Shown here: in pieces, positions 16,678 to 27,124 of the stretch
How the letters are laid out: each line of letters starts with the position of its first letter
Position numbering within the stretch: position 1 is the first letter of the stretch
Origin: Delftia acidovorans NBRC 14950
GTDB lineage: Bacteria > Pseudomonadota > Gammaproteobacteria > Burkholderiales > Burkholderiaceae_C
Assembly (NCBI RefSeq): GCF_001598795.1
Contig: NZ_BCZP01000006.1
Location: 210,001-242,000, forward strand
Direction of reading: 5' to 3'
Length of the DNA stretch: 32,000 nucleotides
Made by a program: the position numbers and the translations under genes
The notes under the pieces: model-generated
What the model saw: only the letters and a program-made list of their open reading frames with translations
Told to the model about the DNA's origin: nothing
Databases searched by the model: none

Positions 16678-17211
16678 ATGGCCCGGGCGACGGCCCGCAG
16701 GGGCCGCGCCGCACCGCACCACAGGCCCGCACTCCCAGCGGGCCTGCCTGCTCTCATGCCCCGCCAGACCGCTCCCTCCTCCCTGTCCACCCCTTCGCGC
16801 GGCTTCACCCTGCTGGAGCTGATGGTCGTCATCAGCATCATGGCGATTGCCGCCGCAGGCGTGAGCCTGTCGCTGCGCGACAGCGGACAGGCGCAGCTGG
16901 AGCGCGAGGCCGAACGCCTGGCCGCGCTGCTGGAGTCGGCCCGCGCCCAGGCCCGTGCCAACGGCGTGCCCGTGCGCTGGCGCCCCATGCCGCAGGGCTT
17001 TCGCTTCGAAGGACTGCCGGCCAGCGCTCAACTGCCTTCCCAATGGCTGCAGCCCGGTGTGCAGGCGCAGCCGGCCACGCCGCTGGTGCTGGGCCCCGAG
17101 CCACTGATTCCGCCCCAGTCCGTCACGCTGACGCTGCGCGACTCCACCAGCCCGCCGCTGCGTGTGGCCACGGATGGACTGCGGCCCTTTGCCGTGCAGT
17201 CCCTGCCATGA
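16678..17211 (+). CDS. gspH: T2SS minor pseudopilin GspH
   Basis: Prepilin motif SRG|FTLLELMVVISIMAIAAAG followed by the GspH-type body (EAERLAALLESARAQA). The start is uncertain: ATG 16678 lies just after the gspG stop, with an alternative at 16756. The stop overlaps the gspI start (ATGA). Confidence 0.8.
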   Translation: MARATARRGRAAPHHRPALPAGLPALMPRQTAPSSLSTPSRGFTLLELMVVISIMAIAAAGVSLSLRDSGQAQLEREAERLAALLESARAQARANGVPVRWRPMPQGFRFEGLPASAQLPSQWLQPGVQAQPATPLVLGPEPLIPPQSVTLTLRDSTSPPLRVATDGLRPFAVQSLP

Positions 17212-17606
17212 CAGCCCTCCACGGACCGCGCCGAAAGCACGGCGCCCCCAGGCGCCAGGCACGCGGCTTCACGCTGATCGAGGTGCTGGTGGCCCTGGGC
17301 ATCGTGGGCATTGCGCTCATGGCCGGTCTGCAGGCCACATCGGCCCTGACACTCAATGCCGAGCGCCAGTCCGAGGTGCTGCTGGCCCAGCTGTGCGCGC
17401 AAAACGAGCTGGTGCGCATGCGCCTGTCACGCCAGATGCCGCCCGTGGGCGACAACAGCCTGACTTGCGAGCAGGGCGGCCGGCAACTGCAGGTCCGGCT
17501 CAGCGTGCGGCCCACGCCCAATCCCAGCTTCCGCCGTGTCGATGCCTTGGTGGTCACGGCAGAGCACCCCGTGCTGCGCGTATCCACCATCGTGGGACGC
17601 TTCTGA
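17208..17606 (+). CDS. gspI: T2SS minor pseudopilin GspI
   Basis: ARG|FTLIEVLVALGIVGIALMAG motif, ~130 aa. The ATG overlaps the gspH stop. Confidence 0.85.
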   Translation: MTALHGPRRKHGAPRRQARGFTLIEVLVALGIVGIALMAGLQATSALTLNAERQSEVLLAQLCAQNELVRMRLSRQMPPVGDNSLTCEQGGRQLQVRLSVRPTPNPSFRRVDALVVTAEHPVLRVSTIVGRF

Positions 17607-18314
17607 ATGCGCTTGCGCCACCCCTCCCGCACGCACGGCTTCACCCTGGTGGAGCTGATGGTGGCCATCGCCGTCATGGCCCTGCTGGCCCTGGTGAGCT
17701 GGCGCGGGCTGGACAGCATGGTGCGCTCGCAGGAGACCATTCGTGCCCGCAACGAGCAGCAGATGGTGCTGCAGACCGTCATCGCCCAATGGAATGCCGA
17801 CCTCGAAGCGCTGATGCCGCTTGAAAACACACAGGTCATCGACTGGGACGGCCAGGTGCTGCGCATGACCCGCAAGAGCAGCGCCGCCGTGGACGACGGC
17901 GCCGTGGTCGTCGCCTGGGCGCGCCGCCAGACGGCCGGGCGCGACCAGTGGCTGCGCTGGCAGTCGCCGCCGCTGCGCACGCGCGCACAGTGGCGCGATG
18001 CCTGGAACCAGGGATCGCAATGGGGGCGCAACCCCTCGGACGACCAGCGCCGGCGCGAAACCGTGCTGATGCCCCTGGACCAATGGCGCCTGTACTACTA
18101 CCGCGACAACGCCTGGAGCAATCCGCAGTCCAGCGGCTCGGACAACGGCACGGGCACGGTCAACCCGCCGTCCGGCGGCACCAACAGCAGCGCGCAGCTG
18201 CCCACGATTCCCGACGGCATCCGCGTCGAACTGACCCTGCCGCCCGACAGCGCCATTCCTGGCCGCGTCACCATGGACTGGGTCAACCCCTTGCGCTCCA
18301 ACAGCCGATCATGA
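17607..18314 (+). CDS. gspJ: T2SS minor pseudopilin GspJ
   Basis: THG|FTLVELMVAIAVMALLALVSWRGLD motif, 235 aa. The ATG directly abuts the gspI stop. Confidence 0.85.
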   Translation: MRLRHPSRTHGFTLVELMVAIAVMALLALVSWRGLDSMVRSQETIRARNEQQMVLQTVIAQWNADLEALMPLENTQVIDWDGQVLRMTRKSSAAVDDGAVVVAWARRQTAGRDQWLRWQSPPLRTRAQWRDAWNQGSQWGRNPSDDQRRRETVLMPLDQWRLYYYRDNAWSNPQSSGSDNGTGTVNPPSGGTNSSAQLPTIPDGIRVELTLPPDSAIPGRVTMDWVNPLRSNSRS

Positions 18315-19288
18315 TGCGCGCACCCCGCCCCCTGCCCGGCCGCCGCCGCCACCGTGGCGTGGCCCTGCTGGCCGCCATGCTCACGGTGACCCTGGTGGCC
18401 ACGTTCGCCGCCACCGCGCTGTGGCAGCAGTGGCGCAGCGTGGAGGTCGAGACCGCCGAGCGCAACCGCATGCAGGCCGCCTGGATCCTGCTGGGTGCGC
18501 TGGACTGGTCGCGCGTGGTGCTGGCCGAGGATGCGCGCACCAGCCTGCAGGTGGACCATCTGGCCGAGCCCTGGGCCGTGCCGCTGCAGGAGGCGCGCCT
18601 GTCCACCTTTCTGGCCGCGCAGAACAACGTCAGCCAGGTCGATGACGGCATGGCCGACATGCAGGACGCCTTTCTCTCGGGCCAGATCATCGACCTGCAG
18701 TCGCGCCTGAACCTGCGCAACCTGCTGAGCGCCCCCGACAAGCCCGAAACCCTGCGCCCGCTGTCCCGCCTGCTGGAGCGCCTGAACCTGCCCCCTGCCT
18801 ATGCCACGCAGATCGTCCAGGCCCTTCGCGCAGCCGCCACCCCTGGCGAGGGCGCGCAGTTCCTGATGCCGCGCACGCTGGGCCAGTTCGGCTGGCTGGG
18901 ATTGCCGCCCGAGGTCGTCGCGCGGCTGGAGCCCTACATCACCCTGCTGCCCGAGAACACGCCCGTCAACCTCAACACCGCCAGCGCCGAAGTCATCTGG
19001 GCCAGCGTGGAGGACCTGACCTGGTCTCAGGCCAGCCAGCTGGTGCAGCTGCGCGCATCGCGCCCGCTGCGCAGCCTGGCCGATGCCTCCAACGCGCTGG
19101 GCCTGCCGCAGAAATTCGAAGGACAGAACCTGTCGGTGGCCACCAGCTTCTTCGAGGCGCGTGGCCGCATGCGCCTGGGCGAGATCGTGGCCAGCGAACG
19201 CTCCATGTTGCGTCGCAACAACATGACAGTCACTACCATCTGGCGTGAGAGGGGGGACTGGGGATTGCCCGAAGCTCCCGCGCCATGA
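18311..19288 (+). CDS. gspK: T2SS minor pseudopilin GspK
   Basis: ORF 17948..19288 trimmed to the ATG at 18311, which overlaps the gspJ stop. The N-terminus is HRGVALLAAMLTVTLVATFAA with no Glu5, as expected for GspK. Size is ~325 aa. Confidence 0.85.
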   Translation: MMRAPRPLPGRRRHRGVALLAAMLTVTLVATFAATALWQQWRSVEVETAERNRMQAAWILLGALDWSRVVLAEDARTSLQVDHLAEPWAVPLQEARLSTFLAAQNNVSQVDDGMADMQDAFLSGQIIDLQSRLNLRNLLSAPDKPETLRPLSRLLERLNLPPAYATQIVQALRAAATPGEGAQFLMPRTLGQFGWLGLPPEVVARLEPYITLLPENTPVNLNTASAEVIWASVEDLTWSQASQLVQLRASRPLRSLADASNALGLPQKFEGQNLSVATSFFEARGRMRLGEIVASERSMLRRNNMTVTTIWRERGDWGLPEAPAP

Positions 19289-19332
19289 CAGATGGCTGTC
19301 ACACTCGCCCCCTACAATGCCCGCTTCCGCCC

Positions 19333-20577
19333 ATGAGCACCTTGATTCTTCATCTGCCTGCGGGCCCCGCTGGCGAATACGCCTACGCACTCAGCAGTGA
19401 CGGCCTGCGCGCCGACCGGCATGGCCACGCCGCCGCAGGCCTGCTGCCCGATCCTGGCCGCACCGGCCAGACGGTTGCCGTGGTGCCGCACCAGGCCTTG
19501 TCCTGGCATCTGGTCAGCCTCCCCCATGGCGTGCCTACGGGAAGCCGGCGCGGACATGTGCGCCTGCGCGCCGTGCTCGACGGGCTGCTGGAAGAGCGCC
19601 TGCTCGACGAGCCCTCCCAATTGCACCTGGCCCTGCAGCCGCAGGCACGCGCAGGCGAGCCCTGCTGGGTTGCCGCCTGCAACAAGGCCTGGCTCCATGC
19701 CCACCTGCAGGCCCTGGAATCCGCAGGGCGGCCCGTGGGCCGCATCGTGCCGGAATGTCCGCCCCAGGCCACGCCCCAGCTCTGGGCCGTGGGCTCACCC
19801 GAATCGGCCTGGCTGCTGGCCACCGGCCTGAGCACCGCACCGCAGGGCATGGACTCGCTGGCCTGCCTGCCGCTGCGCACCGACAGTGCCGACCCCGCCA
19901 TGCTGGCCGCGCTGCTTCATGCCCTGCCCCCCGACACCCCGATCCAGGCCGACCCGGCGCTGGCCCGCGCCGCCGAGGCCCTGCAGCGCCCCGTCAGCCT
20001 GCTGACGGACGCCCAGCGCGGCCTAGCGGCCCGCGCACAAAGCTGGGATCTGGCCCAGTTCGACCTCGACCTGGGCGGTGGCAGCCGCACACGGCGGCGC
20101 ATGCTCGACGGCTGGCAAAGCTTTCTGCGCGCGCCGCAATGGAAGGCCGCGCGCTGGGGCGCCGTGCTTGCCCTGCTGGCCCAGGTAGTGGGCCTCAATG
20201 CCTGGGCCTGGACCGAGAACCGCGCCATTGCGGCCAAGCAGGTCCAGGTGCGCTCCACGCTGGCCACCAGCTTTCCCCGCGTGCCCGTCATCGTCGACGC
20301 GCCCATTCAAATGCAGCGCGAAGTCGCCACGCTGCGCCAGACCGCCGGCGCGCTGACGCAGGGCGACCTGGAGCCCCTGCTGGCAGCCGCATCCCGGGCC
20401 CTGCCCGCTGGACAGTTGCCCCAGGCCATGGACTACCAGGACCGGCAGCTGCGCCTCAAGGGCGTCTCGCTGGAGGCCGAGGCACTGGAGCAGGCACAAC
20501 AACATCTGGCCGGCAGCGGCCTGCGACTGCAGCGTGACGGCGCCGACCTGCTGCTTGCCCAGGAGGCCCGGCCATGA
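19333..20577 (+). CDS. gspL: T2SS inner-membrane platform protein GspL
   Basis: It lies between gspK and gspM, is ~415 aa, has a cytoplasmic domain and then a single TM (AARWGAVLALLAQVVGLNAWAW). I chose MSTLILHLP... (19333), an N-terminus that from memory resembles GspL starts. The ATGA-coupled ATG at 19285 is an equally possible start. Confidence 0.8.
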   Translation: MSTLILHLPAGPAGEYAYALSSDGLRADRHGHAAAGLLPDPGRTGQTVAVVPHQALSWHLVSLPHGVPTGSRRGHVRLRAVLDGLLEERLLDEPSQLHLALQPQARAGEPCWVAACNKAWLHAHLQALESAGRPVGRIVPECPPQATPQLWAVGSPESAWLLATGLSTAPQGMDSLACLPLRTDSADPAMLAALLHALPPDTPIQADPALARAAEALQRPVSLLTDAQRGLAARAQSWDLAQFDLDLGGGSRTRRRMLDGWQSFLRAPQWKAARWGAVLALLAQVVGLNAWAWTENRAIAAKQVQVRSTLATSFPRVPVIVDAPIQMQREVATLRQTAGALTQGDLEPLLAAASRALPAGQLPQAMDYQDRQLRLKGVSLEAEALEQAQQHLAGSGLRLQRDGADLLLAQEARP

Positions 20578-21134
20578 ACATGCGCGCATCCCGCCAAAGC
20601 CTGGCACCCCTGCGCGCGCGCTGGAATGCCCTGGCGCCGCGTGAACAGAACATGACCCTGCTGGCCGGTGGCGTGGTGGCACTGGCCCTGCTGTGGTGGG
20701 TGGCACTGGCCCCCGCCCTGCACAGCCTGCGCACCGCGCCCGAACGCCATGCCCAGGCCGACCGCCAGTTGCGCCAGATGCAGCTGCTGCAGGCCGAGGC
20801 CGAGCAGCTGCGCGGCAACGCACGCCCCGTGGTCGGCGATGCCAAGGCGCTGCTGCAAAGCTCGCTGTCCGCCGAACTGGGCGCCTCCGCCCAATTGAAC
20901 TGGATGGGCGACCGCGCACAGATCACGCTCAAGGCCGCACCCGCCGCCGCGCTGGCGCGCTGGCTGGCCCAGGTCCGCAGCAACACCCACGCCGTTCCGG
21001 CCGAGATGAAGCTGGCCCGCAGTGCATCTGCAAGCACTGCCGCCGCCTCGGGCGCAGCAGGCGCTGCCGATGCCGTGCGCTGGGATGGCAGCCTGGTGCT
21101 GGACCTGCCCGTCGATCCGTCGCGGGCGCCTTGA
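20574..21134 (+). CDS. gspM: T2SS inner-membrane protein GspM
   Basis: 186-aa ORF whose ATG overlaps the gspL stop. It has an N-terminal TM (MTLLAGGVVALALLWWVALAP), then a coiled region and a periplasmic domain. Its position is canonical. Confidence 0.8.
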   Translation: MNMRASRQSLAPLRARWNALAPREQNMTLLAGGVVALALLWWVALAPALHSLRTAPERHAQADRQLRQMQLLQAEAEQLRGNARPVVGDAKALLQSSLSAELGASAQLNWMGDRAQITLKAAPAAALARWLAQVRSNTHAVPAEMKLARSASASTAAASGAAGAADAVRWDGSLVLDLPVDPSRAP

Positions 21135-21136
21135 GC

Positions 21137-21940
21137 ATGCAACGCAAGCCCCGCTCCCAGCCGGCCCTGCGCGCACCGCGCGGCTGGGCGCTGGCCGGTG
21201 CCCTGTGCGGCCTGGTGGCCACCACCGTCGTCTGGGCACCCGCCGCCTGGCTGGCGCGCGGCGTGGATTCGGCCACGCAGGGCCAGGTACTGCTGCAGCA
21301 GCCGCGCGGCACGCTGTGGAATGGCTCGGCCTCCCTGGTCTTCACCGGAGGCGCCGGCAGCCGCGACCGCACGGCCCTGCCCACACGGCTGGAATGGACG
21401 CTGCGCCCCCGCCTGGAGGGCGCCCGCATACAACTGCGCAGCGAATGCTGCACACCCACGCCCGTGGTGCTGGACCTGCTGCCCCGCTGGCAGGGCCTGA
21501 GCGCCGTGGTGCATGACAGCGACACGCGCTGGCCCGCCTCCCTGCTGTCCGGTCTGGGCACGCCCTGGAACACGGTGGACCTGCAAGGCCAGCTGCGGCT
21601 GGCCACGCAGGCCCTGCAACTGCAGCTGCTGTGGCAATCGGGCCGCTGGCGCAGCGAAGGCAGCACGCGCCTGGAGGCGCTGGCCGTATCCTCACGCCTG
21701 TCACCGCTGCGCCCGCTGGGCAGCTACCGGCTGGACATCCTCGGGGGCGACAGTCCGCAGCTGCAGCTCAGTACCCTGACCGGCGACCTGCGCCTGAGCG
21801 GCCAGGGCCAATGGGTGGGCCAGCGGCTGCATTTCCAGGGCGAGGCCTCGGCCAGCCCGGAGCGCGAAACCGCGCTGTCCAACCTGCTCAACATTCTGGG
21901 ACGGCGCCAGGGGCCCCGGTCCATCATTTCCTTTGGTTGA
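21137..21940 (+). CDS. gspN: T2SS protein GspN
   Basis: ORF 20693..21940 trimmed to the ATG at 21137, 3 nt after the gspM stop. It has an N-terminal TM (WALAGALCGLVATTVVWAPAAW) and ~267 aa. Position and size are typical of GspN. Confidence 0.75.
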   Translation: MQRKPRSQPALRAPRGWALAGALCGLVATTVVWAPAAWLARGVDSATQGQVLLQQPRGTLWNGSASLVFTGGAGSRDRTALPTRLEWTLRPRLEGARIQLRSECCTPTPVVLDLLPRWQGLSAVVHDSDTRWPASLLSGLGTPWNTVDLQGQLRLATQALQLQLLWQSGRWRSEGSTRLEALAVSSRLSPLRPLGSYRLDILGGDSPQLQLSTLTGDLRLSGQGQWVGQRLHFQGEASASPERETALSNLLNILGRRQGPRSIISFG

Positions 21941-21943
21941 TCC

Positions 21944-24310
21944 ATGACTCAGCAGCACACGACCCCGTTCTGGCGCAACACCCTGCACACGCTGGCCGTC
22001 AGCGCCATGCTGGCCTGCACCGCTGGCACCGCCCAGGCCCAGCAGACCAATGCACCGACCGGCGCCACGCCCAGCCTGCGCCCCGGCGAGCCTGTGACAC
22101 TGAATTTCTCGGGCGCCGACATCGAGGCCGTCTCGCGCGCCATCGGCGCCATCACCAACCGCAACGTGGTGGTCGATCCGCGCGTCAAGGGCCAGATCAC
22201 GCTGCTGACCGACAGGCCCGTGCCGCCTGCCACCGCCTACCAGCAGTTCCTGGCCGCGCTGCGCCTGCAGGGCTTCACCATTGTCGAATCGGCCGGCCTG
22301 TACAAGGTCATCCCTGAAGCCGACGCCAAGCTGCAGGCCAGCGAAGTGGCCGTGGGCGCGAGCCGCAGCAGCGCGGGCAGCCAGATCGTCACCCAGATCT
22401 TCAAGCTCAACTACGAGAACGCGGCCAACCTGGTGCCCGTGCTGCGCCCGTTGATCAGCCCCAACAACACCATCAACGTCAACCCGGGCAACAACTCGCT
22501 GGTCATCACCGACTACGCAGACAACCTGCAGCGCATCTCGCGCATCGTGGCGACCATGGATGTGTCCAACGCCACCGATGTCGAAATCATCCCGCTGCGC
22601 CATGCCGTGGCCACCGACATGGTGGCCCTGGTCTCGCGCCTGATCGAAGGCGGCACGGCCAGCCCCGGCGGCCTCACCGTGACCGCCGGCGGCGCCAATA
22701 TTCCGGGCCAGAGCGACAACGCCTTCAAGACCTCGCTGATGGCCGAGCCGCGCAGCAACTCCATCGTGCTGCGCGCGGCCAACCCCGCACGCCTGGCCCA
22801 GGTGCGCTCGCTGATCGCGCGGCTGGACCAGCCCGCCATGAACGGCGGCGGCGACCAGGGCAACATCCACGTGGTCTACCTGAAGAACGCCGACGCCGTG
22901 GCGCTGGCCGCCACCTTGCGCGCGGCCATAGGAGCCCAGGCCACGGCCGCCGGCACGGCCAGCGGCCAGCCCGGTGCGGGCGGCACCACGCCGCAGGGTG
23001 GCGGCATGTCCTCCATTCCCACATCGCAGCCCGTGGTCTCGCGCGACTCCAGCGGCACGGCATCCATGGGCATGGGCTCGTCCTCGGGCCTGGGTAGCAG
23101 CGGAGGGGGCGGCGCGCTGGGCGTGGCCCAGCAGCCCTCCACGGGCGGCATGATCCAGGCCGATCCTTCGACCAACTCGCTGATCATCACGGCACCGCCG
23201 CCCGTCTACCGCCAACTGCGCGCCGTGATCGACAAGCTCGACGGCCGCCGCGCCCAGGTGCTGATCGAAAGCCTGATCGTCGAAATCAAGGACAACCGGC
23301 TGGCCCAGTTCGGCATCCAGTGGCAGGCCATGCTCAGCAACAACGGCCGCGTGATCGGCACCCTGGGTACGAACTCCAATGTGGCGGGCGCCAACATCCT
23401 GAACCTGCTCGGCCTGGTCAAGGATGGAGGCCTCGATGGCAGCGCCATCACGGGAGACACGTTGTCCAGCCTGAGAGGCACCAACCTCGGCTTCACGCAG
23501 CGCGTCAATGGCAAGGACACGCTGGGCTTTCTGGCCAACTTCCTGCAAAACAGCGGTGACGCCAACATCCTGTCCACGCCCAACCTGATGACGCTGGACA
23601 ACGAGGAGGCGCGCATCATCGTGGGCCAGAACGTGCCCATGGTCACGGGCTCCTACGCCAGCAACTCCACGGGCGGTACGGTCAACCCGTTCACCACGGT
23701 GGAGCGCAAGGACGTGGGTCTGATGCTGCGCGTGCGCCCGCAGATCAACGAGAACGGTACGGTGAAGCTGGCCGTGTTCCAGGAGGTCTCCTCGGTGGAC
23801 GAGTCCACGCGCAAGGACACCAACGGCCTGACCACCAACAAGCGCTCCATCGAGTCCAACGTGCTGGTCGAGGACGGCAACATCGTCGTGCTCGGCGGCC
23901 TGATCGACGACAACTACTCCCAGGCCGAGGACCGCGTGCCTCTGCTGGGCGACATTCCCGTCGTGGGCAACCTGTTCCGCAACACCAACCGCAAGCGCAA
24001 CAAGACCAACCTGATGGTCTTCCTGCGCCCCGTGGTGATGCGCGATGCGACTGCGACCAACCAGGTCTCTTCCGAGCGCTACGAAGCCATCCGCGCGCAG
24101 CAACAGAGCCTGCAGCCCGAACCCAGCGCCCTGCTGCGCTCGGTCAATGCCGCACCCGTGCTGCCCACGCTCACGCCCCAGCCGGACCCCGGCTCGTTCA
24201 CCAACCCGGCCGCCATCGTCAACGTGCCGGGCGCAAAGCCCGAGCTGATCGACTTCACCCAGCCGCAGCCCGCCGCTCCCGCCGTGCCGGCAGCCCCCGG
24301 CGCGCTCTGA
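21944..24310 (+). CDS. gspD: T2SS outer-membrane secretin GspD
   Basis: 788-aa ORF with a signal peptide (...AGTAQA|QQ), N0-N3 domains ([16 protein letters not shown]...), the secretin core ([33 protein letters not shown]....[14 protein letters not shown]) and an S-domain-like tail. Confidence 0.93.
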   Translation: MTQQHTTPFWRNTLHTLAVSAMLACTAGTAQAQQTNAPTGATPSLRPGEPVTLNFSGADIEAVSRAIGAITNRNVVVDPRVKGQITLLTDRPVPPATAYQQFLAALRLQGFTIVESAGLYKVIPEADAKLQASEVAVGASRSSAGSQIVTQIFKLNYENAANLVPVLRPLISPNNTINVNPGNNSLVITDYADNLQRISRIVATMDVSNATDVEIIPLRHAVATDMVALVSRLIEGGTASPGGLTVTAGGANIPGQSDNAFKTSLMAEPRSNSIVLRAANPARLAQVRSLIARLDQPAMNGGGDQGNIHVVYLKNADAVALAATLRAAIGAQATAAGTASGQPGAGGTTPQGGGMSSIPTSQPVVSRDSSGTASMGMGSSSGLGSSGGGGALGVAQQPSTGGMIQADPSTNSLIITAPPPVYRQLRAVIDKLDGRRAQVLIESLIVEIKDNRLAQFGIQWQAMLSNNGRVIGTLGTNSNVAGANILNLLGLVKDGGLDGSAITGDTLSSLRGTNLGFTQRVNGKDTLGFLANFLQNSGDANILSTPNLMTLDNEEARIIVGQNVPMVTGSYASNSTGGTVNPFTTVERKDVGLMLRVRPQINENGTVKLAVFQEVSSVDESTRKDTNGLTTNKRSIESNVLVEDGNIVVLGGLIDDNYSQAEDRVPLLGDIPVVGNLFRNTNRKRNKTNLMVFLRPVVMRDATATNQVSSERYEAIRAQQQSLQPEPSALLRSVNAAPVLPTLTPQPDPGSFTNPAAIVNVPGAKPELIDFTQPQPAAPAVPAAPGAL

Positions 24311-24324
24311 GGCAGGAAGGCCCC

Positions 24325-25686
24325 ATGCGCTATCCCCTGCCCTATTCGTTTGCGCGCACCAGCCAGCTGCTGATCGAGGACGACGGCCACGAGCCCCTGC
24401 TCTGGCACGGCCCCTCGCCCGACTGGCAGGCCCTGTCCGAAGTCCAGCGCAAGCATGCGGTGCAGCGCTGGCAGATGCTGGATGCGGGCACGCTGGCGCA
24501 CCGCATCAGCGCCGCCTATTCGCAGGGCGAGTCCAGCGCGGCCCTGGTGGTCAGCGAGGTCGAATCCGACGCCGACCTCTCGCGCATGATGCAGGAGCTG
24601 CCCGCCGTCGAGGACTTGCTGGAGACTGCGGACGACGCGCCCATCATCCGCATGCTCAACGCCCTGCTCACGCAGGCCGCGCGCGACGGCGCCAGCGACA
24701 TCCACATCGAGCCCTACGAGCGCCACTCCAGCGTGCGCTTTCGGGTGGACGGCGACCTGCGCGAGGTCGTGCAGCCCAACCGGGCCCTGCACGCGGCGCT
24801 GATCTCGCGCCTGAAGATCATGGCCGACCTGGACATCGCCGAAAAGCGGCTGCCCCAGGACGGCCGCATCAGCCTGCGCCTGGGCACGCGCGCCATCGAC
24901 GTGCGCGTCTCCACCCTGCCCAGCGCCCATGGCGAACGCGCCGTGCTGCGCCTGCTGGACAAGAGCGAGAGCAAGCTCAGCCTGGAGGCCGTGGGCATGC
25001 AGGGCGAGACGCTGAGGCGCTTCACCCACATGACGGCCCAGCCCCACGGCATCGTGCTGGTCACCGGCCCCACGGGCTCGGGCAAGACCACCACGCTGTA
25101 CGCGGCGCTGTCGCGCATGGACGCCAGCCGCAGCAACATCATGACGGTGGAGGACCCCATCGAGTACGAGCTGGCCGGCGTGGGGCAGACCCAGGTCAAC
25201 GCCAAGATCGACCTGACCTTCGCCAAGGCCCTGCGCGCCATCCTGCGCCAGGATCCGGACGTGATCATGATCGGCGAAATCCGCGACTTCGAGACCGCGC
25301 AGATCGCCATCCAGGCCTCGCTGACGGGCCACCTGGTGCTGGCCACGCTGCACACCAACGACGCCTCCAGCGCCGTCACCCGCCTGATCGACATGGGCGT
25401 GGAGCCGTTCCTGCTGTCGTCCTCCCTGCTGGGCGTGCTGGCCCAGCGCCTGGTGCGCAAGATCGACACCACCGAGCCCAGCGGCTACCGGGGGCGCACC
25501 GGCATCTTCGAGATGCTGGTGGTGGACGACACCATCCGCGCGCAGATCCACCGCCAGGCCAGCGAGGCCGAGATCCGCGACACCGCGCTGGCCTCGGGCA
25601 TGCGCCTGATGCGTGACGATGGCGAGCGCCTGGTGCGCGAGGGCATCACCACGCCTGAGGAAGTGCTGCGCGTCACGCGCGACTAG
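24325..25686 (+). CDS. gspE: T2SS assembly ATPase GspE
   Basis: 453-aa ORF with an AGGAAGG SD. Walker [13 protein letters not shown], Asp boxes, Walker [13 protein letters not shown], His box [13 protein letters not shown] and an N-terminal GspL-binding region are present. The tetracysteine motif is absent (see findings). Confidence 0.93.
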   Translation: MRYPLPYSFARTSQLLIEDDGHEPLLWHGPSPDWQALSEVQRKHAVQRWQMLDAGTLAHRISAAYSQGESSAALVVSEVESDADLSRMMQELPAVEDLLETADDAPIIRMLNALLTQAARDGASDIHIEPYERHSSVRFRVDGDLREVVQPNRALHAALISRLKIMADLDIAEKRLPQDGRISLRLGTRAIDVRVSTLPSAHGERAVLRLLDKSESKLSLEAVGMQGETLRRFTHMTAQPHGIVLVTGPTGSGKTTTLYAALSRMDASRSNIMTVEDPIEYELAGVGQTQVNAKIDLTFAKALRAILRQDPDVIMIGEIRDFETAQIAIQASLTGHLVLATLHTNDASSAVTRLIDMGVEPFLLSSSLLGVLAQRLVRKIDTTEPSGYRGRTGIFEMLVVDDTIRAQIHRQASEAEIRDTALASGMRLMRDDGERLVREGITTPEEVLRVTRD

Positions 25687-25740
25687 GCGCAGGCGGCCAC
25701 GCCCGACCCTGCGCAGCACGGGGCATCCCCGTTTGCCACA

Positions 25741-26034
25741 ATGGTCGGCATGTTGGAATCCCTACGCGCCTGGAGCGCTCCCTATGGCGGCGACCTGTTC
25801 CTGTGGGTCGCCACGCTGAGCCTGATCAGCTACATCGCCCTGTGGTGGTTCAAGTCCCGGCTGTCCACCAGCCAGCTGCGCCGCGTCATCCGCCTGTCGG
25901 CGCTGGTGGCGCTGCCGCTGTCCTGGCTGGCCATCCAGCAGGGCGAGAACCATCTGGCGGCTGCCATCCTCCCCCTGGTCTGGTGCGTGGTGCTGGGCAT
26001 CACCTGCGCGCGGGAAATGTCCAGAAGAAACTGA
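25741..26034 (+). CDS. Small hypothetical membrane protein (about 3 TM segments)
   Basis: 97-aa ORF with strong G/C third-position bias and three hydrophobic segments (LFLWVATLSLISYIALWWF, LSALVALPLSWLAI, AAAILPLVWCVVLGITC). No recognisable family and no obvious SD. It starts 54 nt after gspE. Confidence 0.55.
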   Translation: MVGMLESLRAWSAPYGGDLFLWVATLSLISYIALWWFKSRLSTSQLRRVIRLSALVALPLSWLAIQQGENHLAAAILPLVWCVVLGITCAREMSRRN

Positions 26035-26118
26035 GTGCGCGAACGCGCACCAGGAATGCCCTGGCGCGGCAAGGCCCGCGCCGCCCCACCCACCGTGAAC
26101 TGGAAGTTGGAACCTGCC

Positions 26119-27120
<1,002 letters not shown>

Positions 27121-27124
27121 AGGC

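Noticed and set aside
14682-16988. ORFs 14682..15542 (-), 14795..15631 (-), 15172..16131 (-) and 16182..16988 (-)
   Set aside because: They overlap cobS, cobC, gspC, gspG and gspH in alternative frames or strands. They have Pro/Arg/Ala-rich nonsense composition, and the annotated frames carry the family motifs.
20671-20700. Sigma-54-like TGGCAC-N5-CTGC sequences inside gspM
   Set aside because: They fall inside a coding region where GTGGCACTGGCCC is duplicated as part of Ala/Leu/Trp codons. The -12 element deviates from TTGC. No downstream gene start needs a promoter there.
18098-21666. ORFs 18098..19390 (-), 20023..20919 (-), 20433..21239 (-), 20456..21637 (-) and 20929..21666 (-)
   Set aside because: They are antisense to gspK, gspL, gspM and gspN. 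The plus-strand genes form a translationally coupled series with the expected TM and prepilin features.
21701-24103. 800-aa minus-strand ORF, one of the longest in the track
   Set aside because: It is entirely antisense to gspD, whose translation has unmistakable secretin motifs. The antisense product is a low-complexity Ala/Gly/Arg/His-rich string typical of shadow frames in high-GC DNA.
24079-25719. 546-aa minus-strand ORF
   Set aside because: It is antisense to gspE, which has Walker A/B, Asp and His boxes in the plus frame.
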